64,000 nt of DNA from the NCBI GenBank assembly GCA_052390235.1, contig JBQTHB010000006.1, forward strand, positions 192,001 to 256,000, written 5' to 3'. Shown in pieces: positions 19,359-29,592 of the stretch. Source of the stretch: Deltaproteobacteria bacterium. GTDB taxonomy: Bacteria > Desulfobacterota_D > UBA1144 > Nemesobacterales > CSP1-2. A program made the translations under genes and the position numbers. Each line of letters starts with the position of its first letter. Position 1 is the stretch's first letter. A model generated the notes under the pieces. The model saw only the letters and a program-made list of their open reading frames with translations. It did not search any database and had not been told where the DNA came from.

Positions 19359-20558
19359 ATGGACAGGGACTGCGAAATTCTCATCGCCGGCGCAGGCATC
19401 ACGGGGCTTGCCATAGCGCGCGAGCTTCTAAGACGCGGCGAGGGCGGCATTGTCATCATCGAGAAGGAAAAATCCCCCGGCATCCACGCAAGCGGCAGAA
19501 ACAGCGGAGTGCTTCACGCGGGAGTCTATTACGCCCCCGACACGCTAAAGGCAAAATTCTGCGCCGAGGGAAACCGTCTCATGAGAGAGTTCTGCCGCGA
19601 AAAGGGACTCGCCCTCATAGAATGCGGCAAGTTGATAGTTACGCGGGATGAGTCTAGGCTCGAAGGGCTGTTTGAACTCAAGGCAAGAGCCGACCTCTGC
19701 GGCGCAAGGGCTTTTATAGTGGATGAAAGAGACGCCGCGCAAATTGAACCCTACGCCAAGACCTGCGGGAGGGCGCTCTTCTCCCCCGATACAGCCGTGA
19801 TTAACCCGGGGCAGATAGTTTCCGCTCTCGCCCGCGAGATTGAACTTTCGGGAATGGCGCACATCCTCTATGGGGCGCGTTTTATGAGGCTCAAAGGGAG
19901 CGGCAGGGCGGTAACATCGGCTGGAGTGATAAAATTCGGCAAATTTATAAACGCCGCAGGAGCGCACGCCGACACCTTAGCGCATACATTCGGAGTCGGG
20001 AGAAATTTCAAAATTATCCCCTTCAAAGGGAGCTATAAAAAGCTCAGGAAAGAGCGCGATTTTCTCGTGCGAGGCAACATTTACCCCGTGCCGGATTTAA
20101 GAAACCCATTTCTGGGTATTCACTTCACCAGAGGGGCGGACGGGAGCGTTTACGCAGGCCCAACGGCAACTCCGGCGTTCGGGCGCGAGCAGTACGGCGG
20201 TTTCGGGAAACCGTCTTTTGAAGCCCTCTCGATACTCTATCGGGACGGGGCGATGTTTCTGCGCAATGAGGCGTTTCGAGCCTCCGCCGTGGACGAGATA
20301 AAAAAACTCGGGAAGCGGTATTTCTTTGAAGAGGCGGCGGGACTCGTCCAGGGGCTTGCGCCGGAAGACCTAGTTGAGACGGATAAATCCGGCATCAGGG
20401 CTCAACTCGTGGATTGGGAAGCGAAGAGGCTCGTCATGGATTTCATGCTAATCAGGGACGGGGGCTCGCTCCATGTGCTGAACGCAATATCGCCGGCTTT
20501 CACCTCGTCAATGGCGTTTGCAAGGCACGCGGCGGACGTGTTTCTTGCAAAATCATAG
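19359..20558 (+). CDS. lhgO: L-2-hydroxyglutarate oxidase family FAD oxidoreductase
   Basis: GAGITG, SGRNSGVLHAGVYY, IYPVPD...PFLGIHFT, HVLNAISPAFTSS. Confidence 0.85.
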   Translation: MDRDCEILIAGAGITGLAIARELLRRGEGGIVIIEKEKSPGIHASGRNSGVLHAGVYYAPDTLKAKFCAEGNRLMREFCREKGLALIECGKLIVTRDESRLEGLFELKARADLCGARAFIVDERDAAQIEPYAKTCGRALFSPDTAVINPGQIVSALAREIELSGMAHILYGARFMRLKGSGRAVTSAGVIKFGKFINAAGAHADTLAHTFGVGRNFKIIPFKGSYKKLRKERDFLVRGNIYPVPDLRNPFLGIHFTRGADGSVYAGPTATPAFGREQYGGFGKPSFEALSILYRDGAMFLRNEAFRASAVDEIKKLGKRYFFEEAAGLVQGLAPEDLVETDKSGIRAQLVDWEAKRLVMDFMLIRDGGSLHVLNAISPAFTSSMAFARHAADVFLAKS

Positions 20559-20572
20559 CGGAGAGGGAAGAG

Positions 20573-20614
20573 AGTTTTTAGTGGCGAGTGATGAAACCTG
20601 GAGCTGGAAACCTG
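20573..20614. repeat. Degenerate heptamer repeat (AGTTTTT/AGTGGCG family)
   Basis: agttttt agtggcg agtgatg aaacctg gagctgg aaacctg. Related to the copies at 29541 and 31104. Confidence 0.5.
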
Positions 20615-20681
20615 AGATTATCCAGCCCCTGCGAGAATTCGCGCCCAAGTCCCCCCCCAACCCCTGCGCCATCGAGCTAAA

Positions 20682-21863
20682 TCACGATGTAACGCGGGCG
20701 AGAAATCCGCTAAAAAGAACGCCGCGCAGGTTCGGGCTTCTGAGGATTTTAACAACGGCGTCCTTGTGCCAGTCAAACTTGCCCCTTTCGGCGATGAACG
20801 AGAAAAGCCCGTCGGTTTTTGCGGCGTGAAATAGCTTGTCAATGTAGGGGTCGTCGAGCTTTGAGTAAAACCTGTGGAAATACTCGCCGAACCTGACCTC
20901 TCTGCCAACGCTTTTTTGCCATATTCTCTCATATTCAGAAAGCGCGCGGGCATCGAGGGAGCCTTTGGCGAGCGCCTTTCGGATAACATCTGAGGCGATT
21001 TGAGCCGTGATGAGACCGTAGTAAATCCCCCCGCCCGTGGTGGTTTTTATATGCCCCGCCGCCTCTCCTATGGCGATGATTCTATCAGCGTAGCTTCGGC
21101 GTATCGCTCCGAATGCTATGCCTCGGCGCATCGCGCGGCTCAATTCTAAATCCGCATCAATCCAGGGGCTGACCTTGGCGATGGTGTTTTTCAACTCCTC
21201 GGATGCGTCCCCCGTGGTCATCACGCCGATTCTCGTCCGCCCGTCAAGCAGGGGAATCGCCCAGCCGAAAAATCCTCTTGAGGAGCCGTTGCCGAAGTAA
21301 ATTTTAAGGCGGTCGGCTTCGTTGAATTTCACGTCAACCTGAATGCCTTTGATGATTTTTTTCGGACGCCCAAGCCCAAGAGCAGACTGTAGATTGAAGC
21401 TAACCCCAGTGGCTAGGACGGCGATGCGGGCGTGTATAGTAGAAATCCCGTACTCGGTTTGAACCCGGGCCTCAACTCGGTCTGCGGTGGGATGGAGCGA
21501 GAGGACTTTTGCGCCGAGGCAAATGGACGCGCCCCTGTCCCGCGCAATATCGGCAAGACGCGCGTCAAATGCGTGCCTGTCAACCACAACCGCGGCTTCC
21601 TCCGGGTGGGAGTAGCTAATTGAAATCCCTCCCGGCGAGATGAGTTCGGCTTCCTGAAGCCTTGCGGCTACCGTCTCTTTGGGAAGGTCAAACCTCCTGA
21701 AAGCCTCGGCGCTTATGACCCCGGAGCAGACAACCCCCTCGCCGATTTCGGAATCCTGCTCAAAGAGAACCGTTTCACAGCCGTATTCGGATAGCTCGGA
21801 TGCGGCGTGAAGGCCGCTTGGCCCTCCGCCAACGATAATTACATCACAACTGGCTCTGTGCAA
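20682..21863 (-). CDS. Geranylgeranyl reductase family FAD-dependent oxidoreductase
   Basis: DVIIVGGGPSG, VCSG, FFGWAIP, GEAAGHIKTTTGGGIYYG. Start uncertain; TTG 21863 chosen. Confidence 0.8.
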   Translation of the reverse strand: MHRASCDVIIVGGGPSGLHAASELSEYGCETVLFEQDSEIGEGVVCSGVISAEAFRRFDLPKETVAARLQEAELISPGGISISYSHPEEAAVVVDRHAFDARLADIARDRGASICLGAKVLSLHPTADRVEARVQTEYGISTIHARIAVLATGVSFNLQSALGLGRPKKIIKGIQVDVKFNEADRLKIYFGNGSSRGFFGWAIPLLDGRTRIGVMTTGDASEELKNTIAKVSPWIDADLELSRAMRRGIAFGAIRRSYADRIIAIGEAAGHIKTTTGGGIYYGLITAQIASDVIRKALAKGSLDARALSEYERIWQKSVGREVRFGEYFHRFYSKLDDPYIDKLFHAAKTDGLFSFIAERGKFDWHKDAVVKILRSPNLRGVLFSGFLARVTS

Positions 21864-21959
21864 TTTAGCTATTTTTTTCCCGCAATTGTTGATTGGACAC
21901 GAGAATAATACCTGATAACGCAGAATTTTCTTGCCGCCGCGCCCGCCCATAGCCCCAAA

Positions 21960-22010
21960 TTGACAGACTCTCCTAGGCAAACTATAATCAATTGATAGAG
22001 TTTCTCAATT
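21960..22010 (+). promoter_or_regulatory. Consensus sigma70 promoter with overlapping Fur-family operator
   Basis: TTGACA (21960-65), 17 nt, TATAAT (21983-88), then the inverted repeat AATTGATAGAGTTTCTCAATT (21990-22010). Confidence 0.8.
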
Positions 22011-22012
22011 AG

Positions 22013-22477
22013 ATGCAGATGACGAAGAAGCAACACAGGTCAACAGAAAGCTCGGAAGAGAGGACGCTCTCGGCAAAAGCCCTGTTTCACAATCGCGGGT
22101 TTAAATGCACCCCTCAGCGTCTCGCCGTACTCAGGGCGCTTGAGCAGTGCAGAGGGCATATGGCTATATCGGAAATTCACGCAAAGGTCAGAGACACACT
22201 CCCAGGCACGGGGCTTGCCACGGTATATCGCGCCCTTGAGACGCTCATCAATATATCGCTAGTCGTGAAAGTTCACCTCGAAGACAATCGCCATAGCTAT
22301 TCCATCGCCCCTGAGGGACACCGCCACCCCGTAGTGTGCGTCGAGTGCAGCAGCGTCGTGGAATTTGCCGAATGCCCGCTTCAGGACATAGCCGACGCGG
22401 TATCGAAGCGGACCGGATTTTTAGTGGAGAGGCACTTTCTGCAACTGTTCGGCAGATGTCAAAAATGCAGGCTTTAA
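22013..22477 (+). CDS. Fur family metalloregulator
   Basis: TPQRLAVL, GLATVYRAL, HRHPVVCVEC, C-terminal CQKC. Confidence 0.92.
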   Translation: MQMTKKQHRSTESSEERTLSAKALFHNRGFKCTPQRLAVLRALEQCRGHMAISEIHAKVRDTLPGTGLATVYRALETLINISLVVKVHLEDNRHSYSIAPEGHRHPVVCVECSSVVEFAECPLQDIADAVSKRTGFLVERHFLQLFGRCQKCRL

Positions 22478-22500
22478 TAAACATCGGAGAGAATAGATAA

Positions 22501-23211
22501 ATGTCCCATTTTCATATACCCGACGGCGTGTTTCCGGTATGGCTCGTGATGGCGGGCTGGATAATTTGCGCCGCGGTGCTTTGGCTGTGCATCAGGAGGG
22601 CGCAGAAAGAGGGGATTGAGAGAAAACTGCCGCTTCTTGGGATAATTTCAGCCCTCATGATAGTCGGCATGACTCTTGAGATCGCCCCGATAGCCTATCA
22701 CCTCAATCTAAGCGTTATCGCCGGAGTGGTGCTTGGGCCCGCGCTTGGTTTCATAGCGGTTTTCATCGTGGATTTAATTATCGCCATGTTCGGACACGGC
22801 GGAATCACGGTCGTGGGGCTCAACACGCTCATAGTCGGGGCGGAGGTGGCGGTTGGGTTTTACCTGTTCCGTTTTTTCCTGTTTTTCCTAAGACACAGGA
22901 ACTTCTCCGTGGGTATATCCTCTGCGCTTGCAACGGCGCTGAGCTTAATCCTAAGCGCCTCGTTTATGATAGCCTCGGTCTATTTATCCGAGATAAAACC
23001 CGAGGTCATCGCCGCCGCCGAGCATGGACACACTGAGCAAACCGCCGCGCCACACAGCCCCGCGGCAACAGGGGTGGACATCGGCAGATTTGCCAAAATG
23101 ACATTTATCCTCGGCGCCTTCGGATGGATTCTCGAAGCGGCAATAACGGGGCTTGTCATCGGCTATGTATTCCGCGTGAGACCCGATTTAATTCCGCACG
23201 GGGCTAGGTAG
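22501..23211 (+). CDS. cbiM: ECF Co/Ni transporter substrate component (CbiM/NikM family)
   Basis: N-terminal HIPDG, YHLN, GHGGITVVGLN, multiple TMs. Confidence 0.85.
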   Translation: MSHFHIPDGVFPVWLVMAGWIICAAVLWLCIRRAQKEGIERKLPLLGIISALMIVGMTLEIAPIAYHLNLSVIAGVVLGPALGFIAVFIVDLIIAMFGHGGITVVGLNTLIVGAEVAVGFYLFRFFLFFLRHRNFSVGISSALATALSLILSASFMIASVYLSEIKPEVIAAAEHGHTEQTAAPHSPAATGVDIGRFAKMTFILGAFGWILEAAITGLVIGYVFRVRPDLIPHGAR

Positions 23212-23213
23212 TC

Positions 23214-24041
23214 ATGGATATAGGACTCATTGACTACTTTGCCAACTCAGGCGGCAGTTTTCTTCACCGCGCATCGCCCTCTGCCAAATTAGGATTTACC
23301 GCCATCGCCATCGCCTCAATCATCGCGGCTGAGGATTTTATCCCCCTCGCCTGCATATATCTGACTCTCGCCGCCATAACGGCGCTGACGCGGCTCCCCT
23401 TTATTAAAATCCTCTCCATAGCCGCCTATCCCGCCATATTCGCCCTGCTCTTCGCCCTGACCGCTTGGAGGGGAGATTGGACGCAAAGCGCCGCTCTCGT
23501 TCTCAAAGCCCTCGACGCCGCACTCTTAATGACCATTTTTATAACGACGACGCCCTATCCCGCAGTCTTTGCGCGCATAAGCTCGGTTCTGCCGAAAATC
23601 GTAGCCGAGGGACTTTTTATGACCTATCGCTCCCTTTTCATACTGCTTGGGCTAATGGATAACCTCCTTCGGGCGCTGACCGTAAGGGGAGGTTTCAGCC
23701 CCGGGGCGTATCTCAGAAACACGATGAACTTCGCCTCTGGCATAGGGCTTTTGCTCATCAAAGGGTTTGACCTATCTGAGAAAATGTACGGGGTCATGAA
23801 AATACGAGGCTACGAGGGCAGGCTGTCCGGCGGAGGCTTCGGGGAAGGCGAGACATCGGGCTGGGAGGATGCCGCCGTAATTTCTATCGGATGCCTGTAC
23901 TTAGGATTTTCCCTCGCTTGGAGGGCAGTGGAGCCGTCGTGGGAGGTTCAATGCGCCGCCCTTGCCGCATCCGCCATACTAGTCTCGGGGATTTCAATAT
24001 ATCGCGCTATTTCGAGAGGTTTGCACATTTGGAAGAGATAA
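23214..24041 (+). CDS. cbiQ: ECF transporter T component (CbiQ family)
   Basis: SFLHR...KL, MTYRSLF, RGG and MKIRGY coupling motifs, located between the S component and the ATPase. Confidence 0.8.
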   Translation: MDIGLIDYFANSGGSFLHRASPSAKLGFTAIAIASIIAAEDFIPLACIYLTLAAITALTRLPFIKILSIAAYPAIFALLFALTAWRGDWTQSAALVLKALDAALLMTIFITTTPYPAVFARISSVLPKIVAEGLFMTYRSLFILLGLMDNLLRALTVRGGFSPGAYLRNTMNFASGIGLLLIKGFDLSEKMYGVMKIRGYEGRLSGGGFGEGETSGWEDAAVISIGCLYLGFSLAWRAVEPSWEVQCAALAASAILVSGISIYRAISRGLHIWKR

Positions 24042-24919
24042 TCCGCGTAAGCGGGCTTAGGCACAAATACCCCGATGGAACGGCCCTTAGCTTCAGGGGA
24101 ATAGAATTTAGCGTCCAAAGAGGGGAGCGAGTCGCAATTTTGGGACCAAATGGGAGCGGCAAATCCACGCTCCTCTTTCACCTCGTGGGACTGTTTAAAT
24201 CCTCCGAGGGTACAATAAACGTCCTCGGGGCGAACCCCGCCAGAGAGTACGCGAAAATTCGGGAGCGCGTCGGGGTCGTCCTCCAAAACGTCGAAGAGCA
24301 AATCATCGCCCCCACAGTTTGGGACGACATCACTTTCTCCCCCAGGAACTACGGCTACAAAAAAGAGCGAATCCGAGAGCTTGCCGAAGGGGTAATTGCC
24401 AGCCTCGACATCGCCCACATTAGAAATAAAGTCCCCCACTACCTAAGCGGCGGAGAGAAAACCAAAGTGGGTCTCGCCGGAGCGCTAGTGGTAAACCCCG
24501 AAATCCTAATTTTGGATGAGCCGTTCGAGGGGCTAGACCCCATCTGCAGAACCGAGCTTATAAACCTGCTAAACCGCACGAACCGCGAGAGGGAAACCGC
24601 TCTGGTCGTCTCTACGCATAATATTGACACCGTTCCCCTAGTTGCCGACACGGTCTATTTAATGGCTGTAGGGGGGGAAATCGTCGCCAAAGGCACGCCT
24701 AAGGAAATATTCTCAAAGCCCGAGCTACTTGCCGGATGCCACGTGGAGCCACCTGTTTTAGGAGCGCTGTTCTCGGAATTAGGCAGGATGGGAATCCATC
24801 TGGATACGGCCCTGACGGTGGCCGAGGCGGCGGCGGTAATTGCCAAAGCGCTAAAATTCGGGAATATCCGCGAGGGCGGCGGAGCAGAGGCGCGGCTTGC
24901 TAACCTCGCCAATCCGTAA
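24029..24919 (+). CDS. cbiO: ECF transporter ATPase (CbiO family)
   Basis: GPNGSGKST, LSGGEK, ILDEP. TTG start at 24029 with a GAGAGG SD, overlapping the cbiQ end. Confidence 0.88.
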   Translation: MEEIIRVSGLRHKYPDGTALSFRGIEFSVQRGERVAILGPNGSGKSTLLFHLVGLFKSSEGTINVLGANPAREYAKIRERVGVVLQNVEEQIIAPTVWDDITFSPRNYGYKKERIRELAEGVIASLDIAHIRNKVPHYLSGGEKTKVGLAGALVVNPEILILDEPFEGLDPICRTELINLLNRTNRERETALVVSTHNIDTVPLVADTVYLMAVGGEIVAKGTPKEIFSKPELLAGCHVEPPVLGALFSELGRMGIHLDTALTVAEAAAVIAKALKFGNIREGGGAEARLANLANP

Positions 24920-24958
24920 TAAAATAGTCTAACCCCGATGGTTTGAGAGGATTTGCCC

Positions 24959-26248
24959 ATGCCAGAGATGAGAATCATAAGAAACTACGTTGACCGAAAG
25001 AACTCCGAGACTATCGGCTCTTACATGGATTCCGGGGGGTATGCGGCGCTCCCAATTGCGCTCAAAATGGATCCGATGCAGATTATCGAAGAGATTAAGA
25101 AATCCGGGCTTCGAGGGCGCGGCGGAGCGGGCTTTCCCACGGGAATAAAATGGAGCTTCATCCAGAGGGACTCGAAAAAGCCGATTTACCTGTGCGTAAA
25201 TGCCGATGAGAGCGAGCCGGGGAGTTTTAAGGACAGAGAAATTCTGGAGCGAGACCCGCATCAGATGATAGAGGGCATCATCATCGCCTGCTACGCTATA
25301 AACTCCCATAAATCCTACATTTACATACGCGGCGAGATGCCCAATGGAGCAAAAATAATAGAGCAGGCAATCCGCGAGGCTTACGAGAGAAAATTCCTCG
25401 GTGAAAACATCCTAGGCTCAGGGTTCGACCTCGACATAGTTCTATTCCGAGGCGCGGGGGCGTATATCTGCGGCGAAGAGACGGGACTGCTCGAGTCCAT
25501 CGAGGGCAAAAACGGCGAGCCGAGACCGAAACCCCCGTTTCCGGCGCAGGTCGGGCTTTTCGGATGCCCCACGATAGTCAACAACGTCGAGACCCTAGCC
25601 TGCGTCCCGCACATTATAAACCGCGGGGCGGAGTGGTTCGCTGGAATTGGAATCCCGAAGAACACGGGGACGAAAATCTACGGACTCAGCGGGTGCGTCA
25701 ACCGACCGGGTCTATACGAGCTTCCCCTCGGAATTACCCTAAGGGTGCTCATTGACGAATACGGAGATGGGATGCTCAAGGGCAAAGCCCCGAAGGCGTT
25801 TTCTCCCGGAGGCTCTTCTTCGGCTATTTTGACGGCTGAGGAGATGGATGTGACGCTTGATTTCGACACCCTAGCAAAGGCAGGCTCGATGCTCGGCACG
25901 GCTGGGGTAACGGTGATGGACGAGGACACTTGCATGGTCAGAGTGGCGCAGAATCTCGCGCATTTCTACAGGGACGAGTCCTGCGGGCAGTGCGTTCAGT
26001 GCCGCGAGGGGACTTGGTGGCTTGAGAAAATGCTCACGAGAATCGAAGAGGGCAGAGGACAGCCCCACTACATTGATACGATTCTCGACGCCTGTTTCCA
26101 GATGCGCGGGACGACTATCTGCGCCCTAGCCGACGGATGCGCTATGCCAGTGGAGTCAATTGTGAAGAAATTCCGCCCCGAGTTTGAAGAACACATCAGG
26201 CTCGGCAGATGCCCTTTCCCGAATAAATACATGGGAAGCTGGGATTAA
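24959..26248 (+). CDS. nuoF: NADH-quinone oxidoreductase subunit F
   Basis: [48 protein letters not shown]. Confidence 0.93.
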   Translation: MPEMRIIRNYVDRKNSETIGSYMDSGGYAALPIALKMDPMQIIEEIKKSGLRGRGGAGFPTGIKWSFIQRDSKKPIYLCVNADESEPGSFKDREILERDPHQMIEGIIIACYAINSHKSYIYIRGEMPNGAKIIEQAIREAYERKFLGENILGSGFDLDIVLFRGAGAYICGEETGLLESIEGKNGEPRPKPPFPAQVGLFGCPTIVNNVETLACVPHIINRGAEWFAGIGIPKNTGTKIYGLSGCVNRPGLYELPLGITLRVLIDEYGDGMLKGKAPKAFSPGGSSSAILTAEEMDVTLDFDTLAKAGSMLGTAGVTVMDEDTCMVRVAQNLAHFYRDESCGQCVQCREGTWWLEKMLTRIEEGRGQPHYIDTILDACFQMRGTTICALADGCAMPVESIVKKFRPEFEEHIRLGRCPFPNKYMGSWD

Positions 26249-26276
26249 AAAATCTCCAAAACGGAGGAATTAGGCA

Positions 26277-26699
26277 ATGGCATCATCGTGGAGAGAAACA
26301 TCTACTACGCTTGGATTGCTTTGGCTTCGTGGGCTGACAGGTCTGTTCATGGCTATATTTCATGGCTATGGAAAGATTTTCGGCGGGCGTATGGATAAAT
26401 TCACCGCAGGAGTCGCCGAGCTTGGCTTCCCAATGCCGGAGGTTTTTGCGTGGGCGGCGGCTCTGTCGGAATTCCTAGGGGGAATTTTAATTGCCCTCGG
26501 CTTGGGCGCTCGCATCTCGGCTCTGCTTCTGTTTGCCACTATGGCGACGGCGGCTTTCCTACAGCACGGCGCTGACCCGATAGATGTAAAAGAAAAAGCG
26601 CTCCTGTTTTTGGCTATGTCCGGGGCGATTGCGCTCCTAGGACCTGGGAAACTCTCGCTAGATTACGCGATATGCAGGTATTGGCGCAAAAAACCATGA
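26277..26699 (+). CDS. DoxX family membrane protein
   Basis: LR...G...HGYGK, SEFLGG, GPGKLSLD, four TMs. Confidence 0.88.
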   Translation: MASSWRETSTTLGLLWLRGLTGLFMAIFHGYGKIFGGRMDKFTAGVAELGFPMPEVFAWAAALSEFLGGILIALGLGARISALLLFATMATAAFLQHGADPIDVKEKALLFLAMSGAIALLGPGKLSLDYAICRYWRKKP

Positions 26700-26797
26700 C
26701 GCGCAACGAGAGAGAAATTTCCCCTCGCGCGGGATTTTATGCTTGCGGCGGGTTTTGAAATATGTAATTTTAATACACACTCACTAGGGAGTTATAC

Positions 26798-27271
26798 ATG
26801 GCGTTCTCGGAAGAGTTGAAGCAGAGAATTGACGACATCATATCGAAATCGGAGACGAATCAGTCGGCCCTCATTCCGACCCTGCACGAGGTTCAGCGGC
26901 ATTTGGGATGGATCTCGGACGACTCTATGAGAGAGGTATCGGAGATTCTCAATATCTCTGCGGCAGGGGTGCAGAACGTGGCGACGTTTTACACGATGTT
27001 TTTTAGAAAGCCCGTTGGGAAGCACGTAATTTGGCTCTGCCGGACGCTGTCGTGCGCCCTTAGAGGGGCTGAACTCGTGGAGCATCACCTCTGCCATAAG
27101 CTCGGAGTCCGCATGGGCGACACCACGCCGGATGGAAAAATCACGCTCCTTGAAGCCGAGTGCCTCGCCTCCTGCGGGACTGCTCCGGCTATGCTCGTTG
27201 ACGACACTCTGCTCGAGAACATCACCAGAGCGCAGGTTGACGAACTCATTGAAACACTGAGAAATGACTAA
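26798..27271 (+). CDS. nuoE: NADH-quinone oxidoreductase subunit E
   Basis: VATFYTMF and the [2Fe-2S] motif CRTLSC...ECLASCGTAP. Confidence 0.92.
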   Translation: MAFSEELKQRIDDIISKSETNQSALIPTLHEVQRHLGWISDDSMREVSEILNISAAGVQNVATFYTMFFRKPVGKHVIWLCRTLSCALRGAELVEHHLCHKLGVRMGDTTPDGKITLLEAECLASCGTAPAMLVDDTLLENITRAQVDELIETLRND

Positions 27272-28619
27272 TTTCAGCCGCGCCGAGAATGGGATGAACT
27301 TCACCGTAGCCAAAAGCCATGCCCGAGACATATTCAGAGAAGCCCTCGAAGCCGTTGACCCGAAGCGGTGCGTTCACGAACATATCGCGCTGGAAGGCAA
27401 CATCCTCACAGTCGAGAGCAAGCAATACGACCTGGTCAATTACCGCTCTGTCTCGGTTATCTCATTCGGGAAAGCCGCCTCCGCCATGAGCAAAGCCCTC
27501 GAAGAAATCTTGGCGGATAAAATCACGGACGGCATCGTCATATCAAATGCAAAACCCCCTTATTCGTTCTCGAAGATGAGGTTCTACCAATCAAGCCACC
27601 CGATACCCGACGAGCGCAGTCTCGGAGCGGCGCGGGAGGTGCTTAAAATCCTAGACGGCACGGATGAGCGCGACCTCGTGATATTTCTCATCTCCGGCGG
27701 CGGAAGCTCGCTCATCGCAATGCCCGCTCAGGGAATCTCGCTCGAAGACAAGCGAAAAACAACCGAGATGCTCCTAGTTTCAGGGGTTGACACCTACGGG
27801 CTTAACGCCGTGAGAAAGCACATCTCGCAAATCAAAGGCGGAGGATTGCTTAAAAAAGCCCTGCCATCGCAGATAATCACCCTCGTGCTTTCAGACGTCG
27901 TCGGCGATAAACTGGACGTTATAGCCTCAAGCCCCACCTTTCCCGACTCGACCACCTTTGAAGAGGCATGGAAGGTTATCGAAGCCCTGAGACTCGAACA
28001 CAGACTCCCCCCTCAAGTGGTCATCCGCCTCGAAGAGGGCAGGAAAGGGGAAATCCCCGAAACACTCAAAGATGGGGAATTCGACCCCGAAAAGGTTCAA
28101 ACCGTCTTCGTCGGAAACAACTTCAAAGCCCTAGTAGCGGCGCAGTCCAAGGCGGAGAGCCTCGGCTACAACACGCTTATGCTCTCTTCTCAGACCAAGG
28201 GAGAGGCGAGGGAAGTAGCCAAGGTCATAGCGTCGGTCGCGTTCGAGATAGAGCGGCTCGGCATTCCGGTGCAAAAGCCCGCCTGCGTTATTTTCGGCGG
28301 AGAGACGACCGTAACCGTTACGGGAAGCGGCAGGGGAGGCAGAAACACCGAAACCGCGCTTTCGTTCGCCATGGAGATAATGGGACACAACGCAGTGGGG
28401 CTGTTCTGCGGCACGGACGGCGTTGATGGACCCACGGACGCCGCCGGAGCTATATGCGACGGAGAGACGCGGCAGAAGGCGAGGGAATTAGGTATTAGCG
28501 CAAGGGAACACCTAGCCCGAAACGACTCCTACACCTTTTTCGAGAGAACCGGAGGTCTCATCAAAACGGGCCCAACGGGAACGAACGTCATGGATATAGG
28601 AGTGGTAATTGTCGAGTGA
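27264..28619 (+). CDS. Glycerate 2-kinase (MOFRL family)
   Basis: GKAA, SHPIPD, ISGGGSSL, SDVVGD, GGETTV, GGRN, GTDGVDG, TGPTGTNVMD. Confidence 0.9.
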   Translation: MTNFSRAENGMNFTVAKSHARDIFREALEAVDPKRCVHEHIALEGNILTVESKQYDLVNYRSVSVISFGKAASAMSKALEEILADKITDGIVISNAKPPYSFSKMRFYQSSHPIPDERSLGAAREVLKILDGTDERDLVIFLISGGGSSLIAMPAQGISLEDKRKTTEMLLVSGVDTYGLNAVRKHISQIKGGGLLKKALPSQIITLVLSDVVGDKLDVIASSPTFPDSTTFEEAWKVIEALRLEHRLPPQVVIRLEEGRKGEIPETLKDGEFDPEKVQTVFVGNNFKALVAAQSKAESLGYNTLMLSSQTKGEAREVAKVIASVAFEIERLGIPVQKPACVIFGGETTVTVTGSGRGGRNTETALSFAMEIMGHNAVGLFCGTDGVDGPTDAAGAICDGETRQKARELGISAREHLARNDSYTFFERTGGLIKTGPTGTNVMDIGVVIVE

Positions 28620-28753
28620 GGCGGCTCAAATGACACATCCTGCATCGAGCCTAGTGAACACCCGGCATTAGGGCAATGTAAAAGCCGCAGGGGATAGGAT
28701 AATCCCTCCATTTTACACCCGCCTATTCTCGGCTTATAATTCCCACCTAAGCC

Positions 28754-29476
28754 ATGAAATACGCCATCATCTCCGATATTCACGGCAACCTGCAAGCCCT
28801 CGAAGCAGTTCTTGGGAGGATTGACTCCCTAGGCGCGGACAGCATTATCTGCCTCGGCGATATTGTCGGCTACGGGGCAAGCCCCAACGAGTGCGCGCAA
28901 ATTATCGCAGGCAGGGGCATCGAGAGCATTCTCGGCAACCACGACGCCGTAGCCTGCGGCAGACAAGAGGCGGACAATTTCACCCCAATGGCAAAACGCG
29001 CCGTCCTTTGGACGCGGGACACCCTTACGCCAGAAACCCGAGATTTTCTGCTAACCCTCCCCGAAAGCCGACACTACGGGGAATTCATGGCGGTTCACGG
29101 GGCGATTTCAGACCCGAATCTCTATATAATGACTATCTATGAGGCGATTTGGGAATTCACCCTCATGGACGGCACAAACCTGTGTTTCTTCGGGCATACG
29201 CACATGAGAATTACATTTAGCCGCCGCGCAAGCGTAGTAAAACCCGTTAGGGATATGACCATCGAGCTTCAGCCGGGGCTGAGCTATCTCGTCAATCCGG
29301 GGAGCGTTGGACAGCCGAGGGACGGCAATCCCAACGCCTCTTTTCTCATTTACGACAGCGCTGCGGGGAGAATAGAATACTTTAGGGTTGAATATGACAT
29401 TAAAACGGCTCAGAGAAAAATCATTGACGCCGCGCTCGACACGAGGCTTGCCGAAAGGCTCGCGCTGGGAGTATAA
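28754..29476 (+). CDS. Calcineurin-like metallophosphoesterase
   Basis: SDIHGN, GDIVGYG, GNHD, GHTH, NPGSVGQPRD. Confidence 0.9.
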   Translation: MKYAIISDIHGNLQALEAVLGRIDSLGADSIICLGDIVGYGASPNECAQIIAGRGIESILGNHDAVACGRQEADNFTPMAKRAVLWTRDTLTPETRDFLLTLPESRHYGEFMAVHGAISDPNLYIMTIYEAIWEFTLMDGTNLCFFGHTHMRITFSRRASVVKPVRDMTIELQPGLSYLVNPGSVGQPRDGNPNASFLIYDSAAGRIEYFRVEYDIKTAQRKIIDAALDTRLAERLALGV

Positions 29477-29540
29477 CGACAGCTCGAGGCGCAAATTAAG
29501 ACCGCCGTCCAGAAATGAAGAGAGCTTCGAGTTTCACGCC

Positions 29541-29568
29541 AGAAACTAATCACTAGCCACTAGAAACT
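29541..29568. repeat. Heptamer repeat, 4 units
   Basis: agaaact aatcact agccact agaaact. Inverted relative to the copy at 31104. Confidence 0.55.
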
Positions 29569-29592
29569 TTCTCGATACTGTCTCGGCGGCGG

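Noticed and set aside
14097..27271. YdeP-like enzyme plus NuoE/NuoF as an NAD-linked formate dehydrogenase (FdsGBA-like)
   Set aside because: The genes are more than 8 kb apart, and the molybdoprotein lacks the N-terminal Fe-S domains of FdsA.
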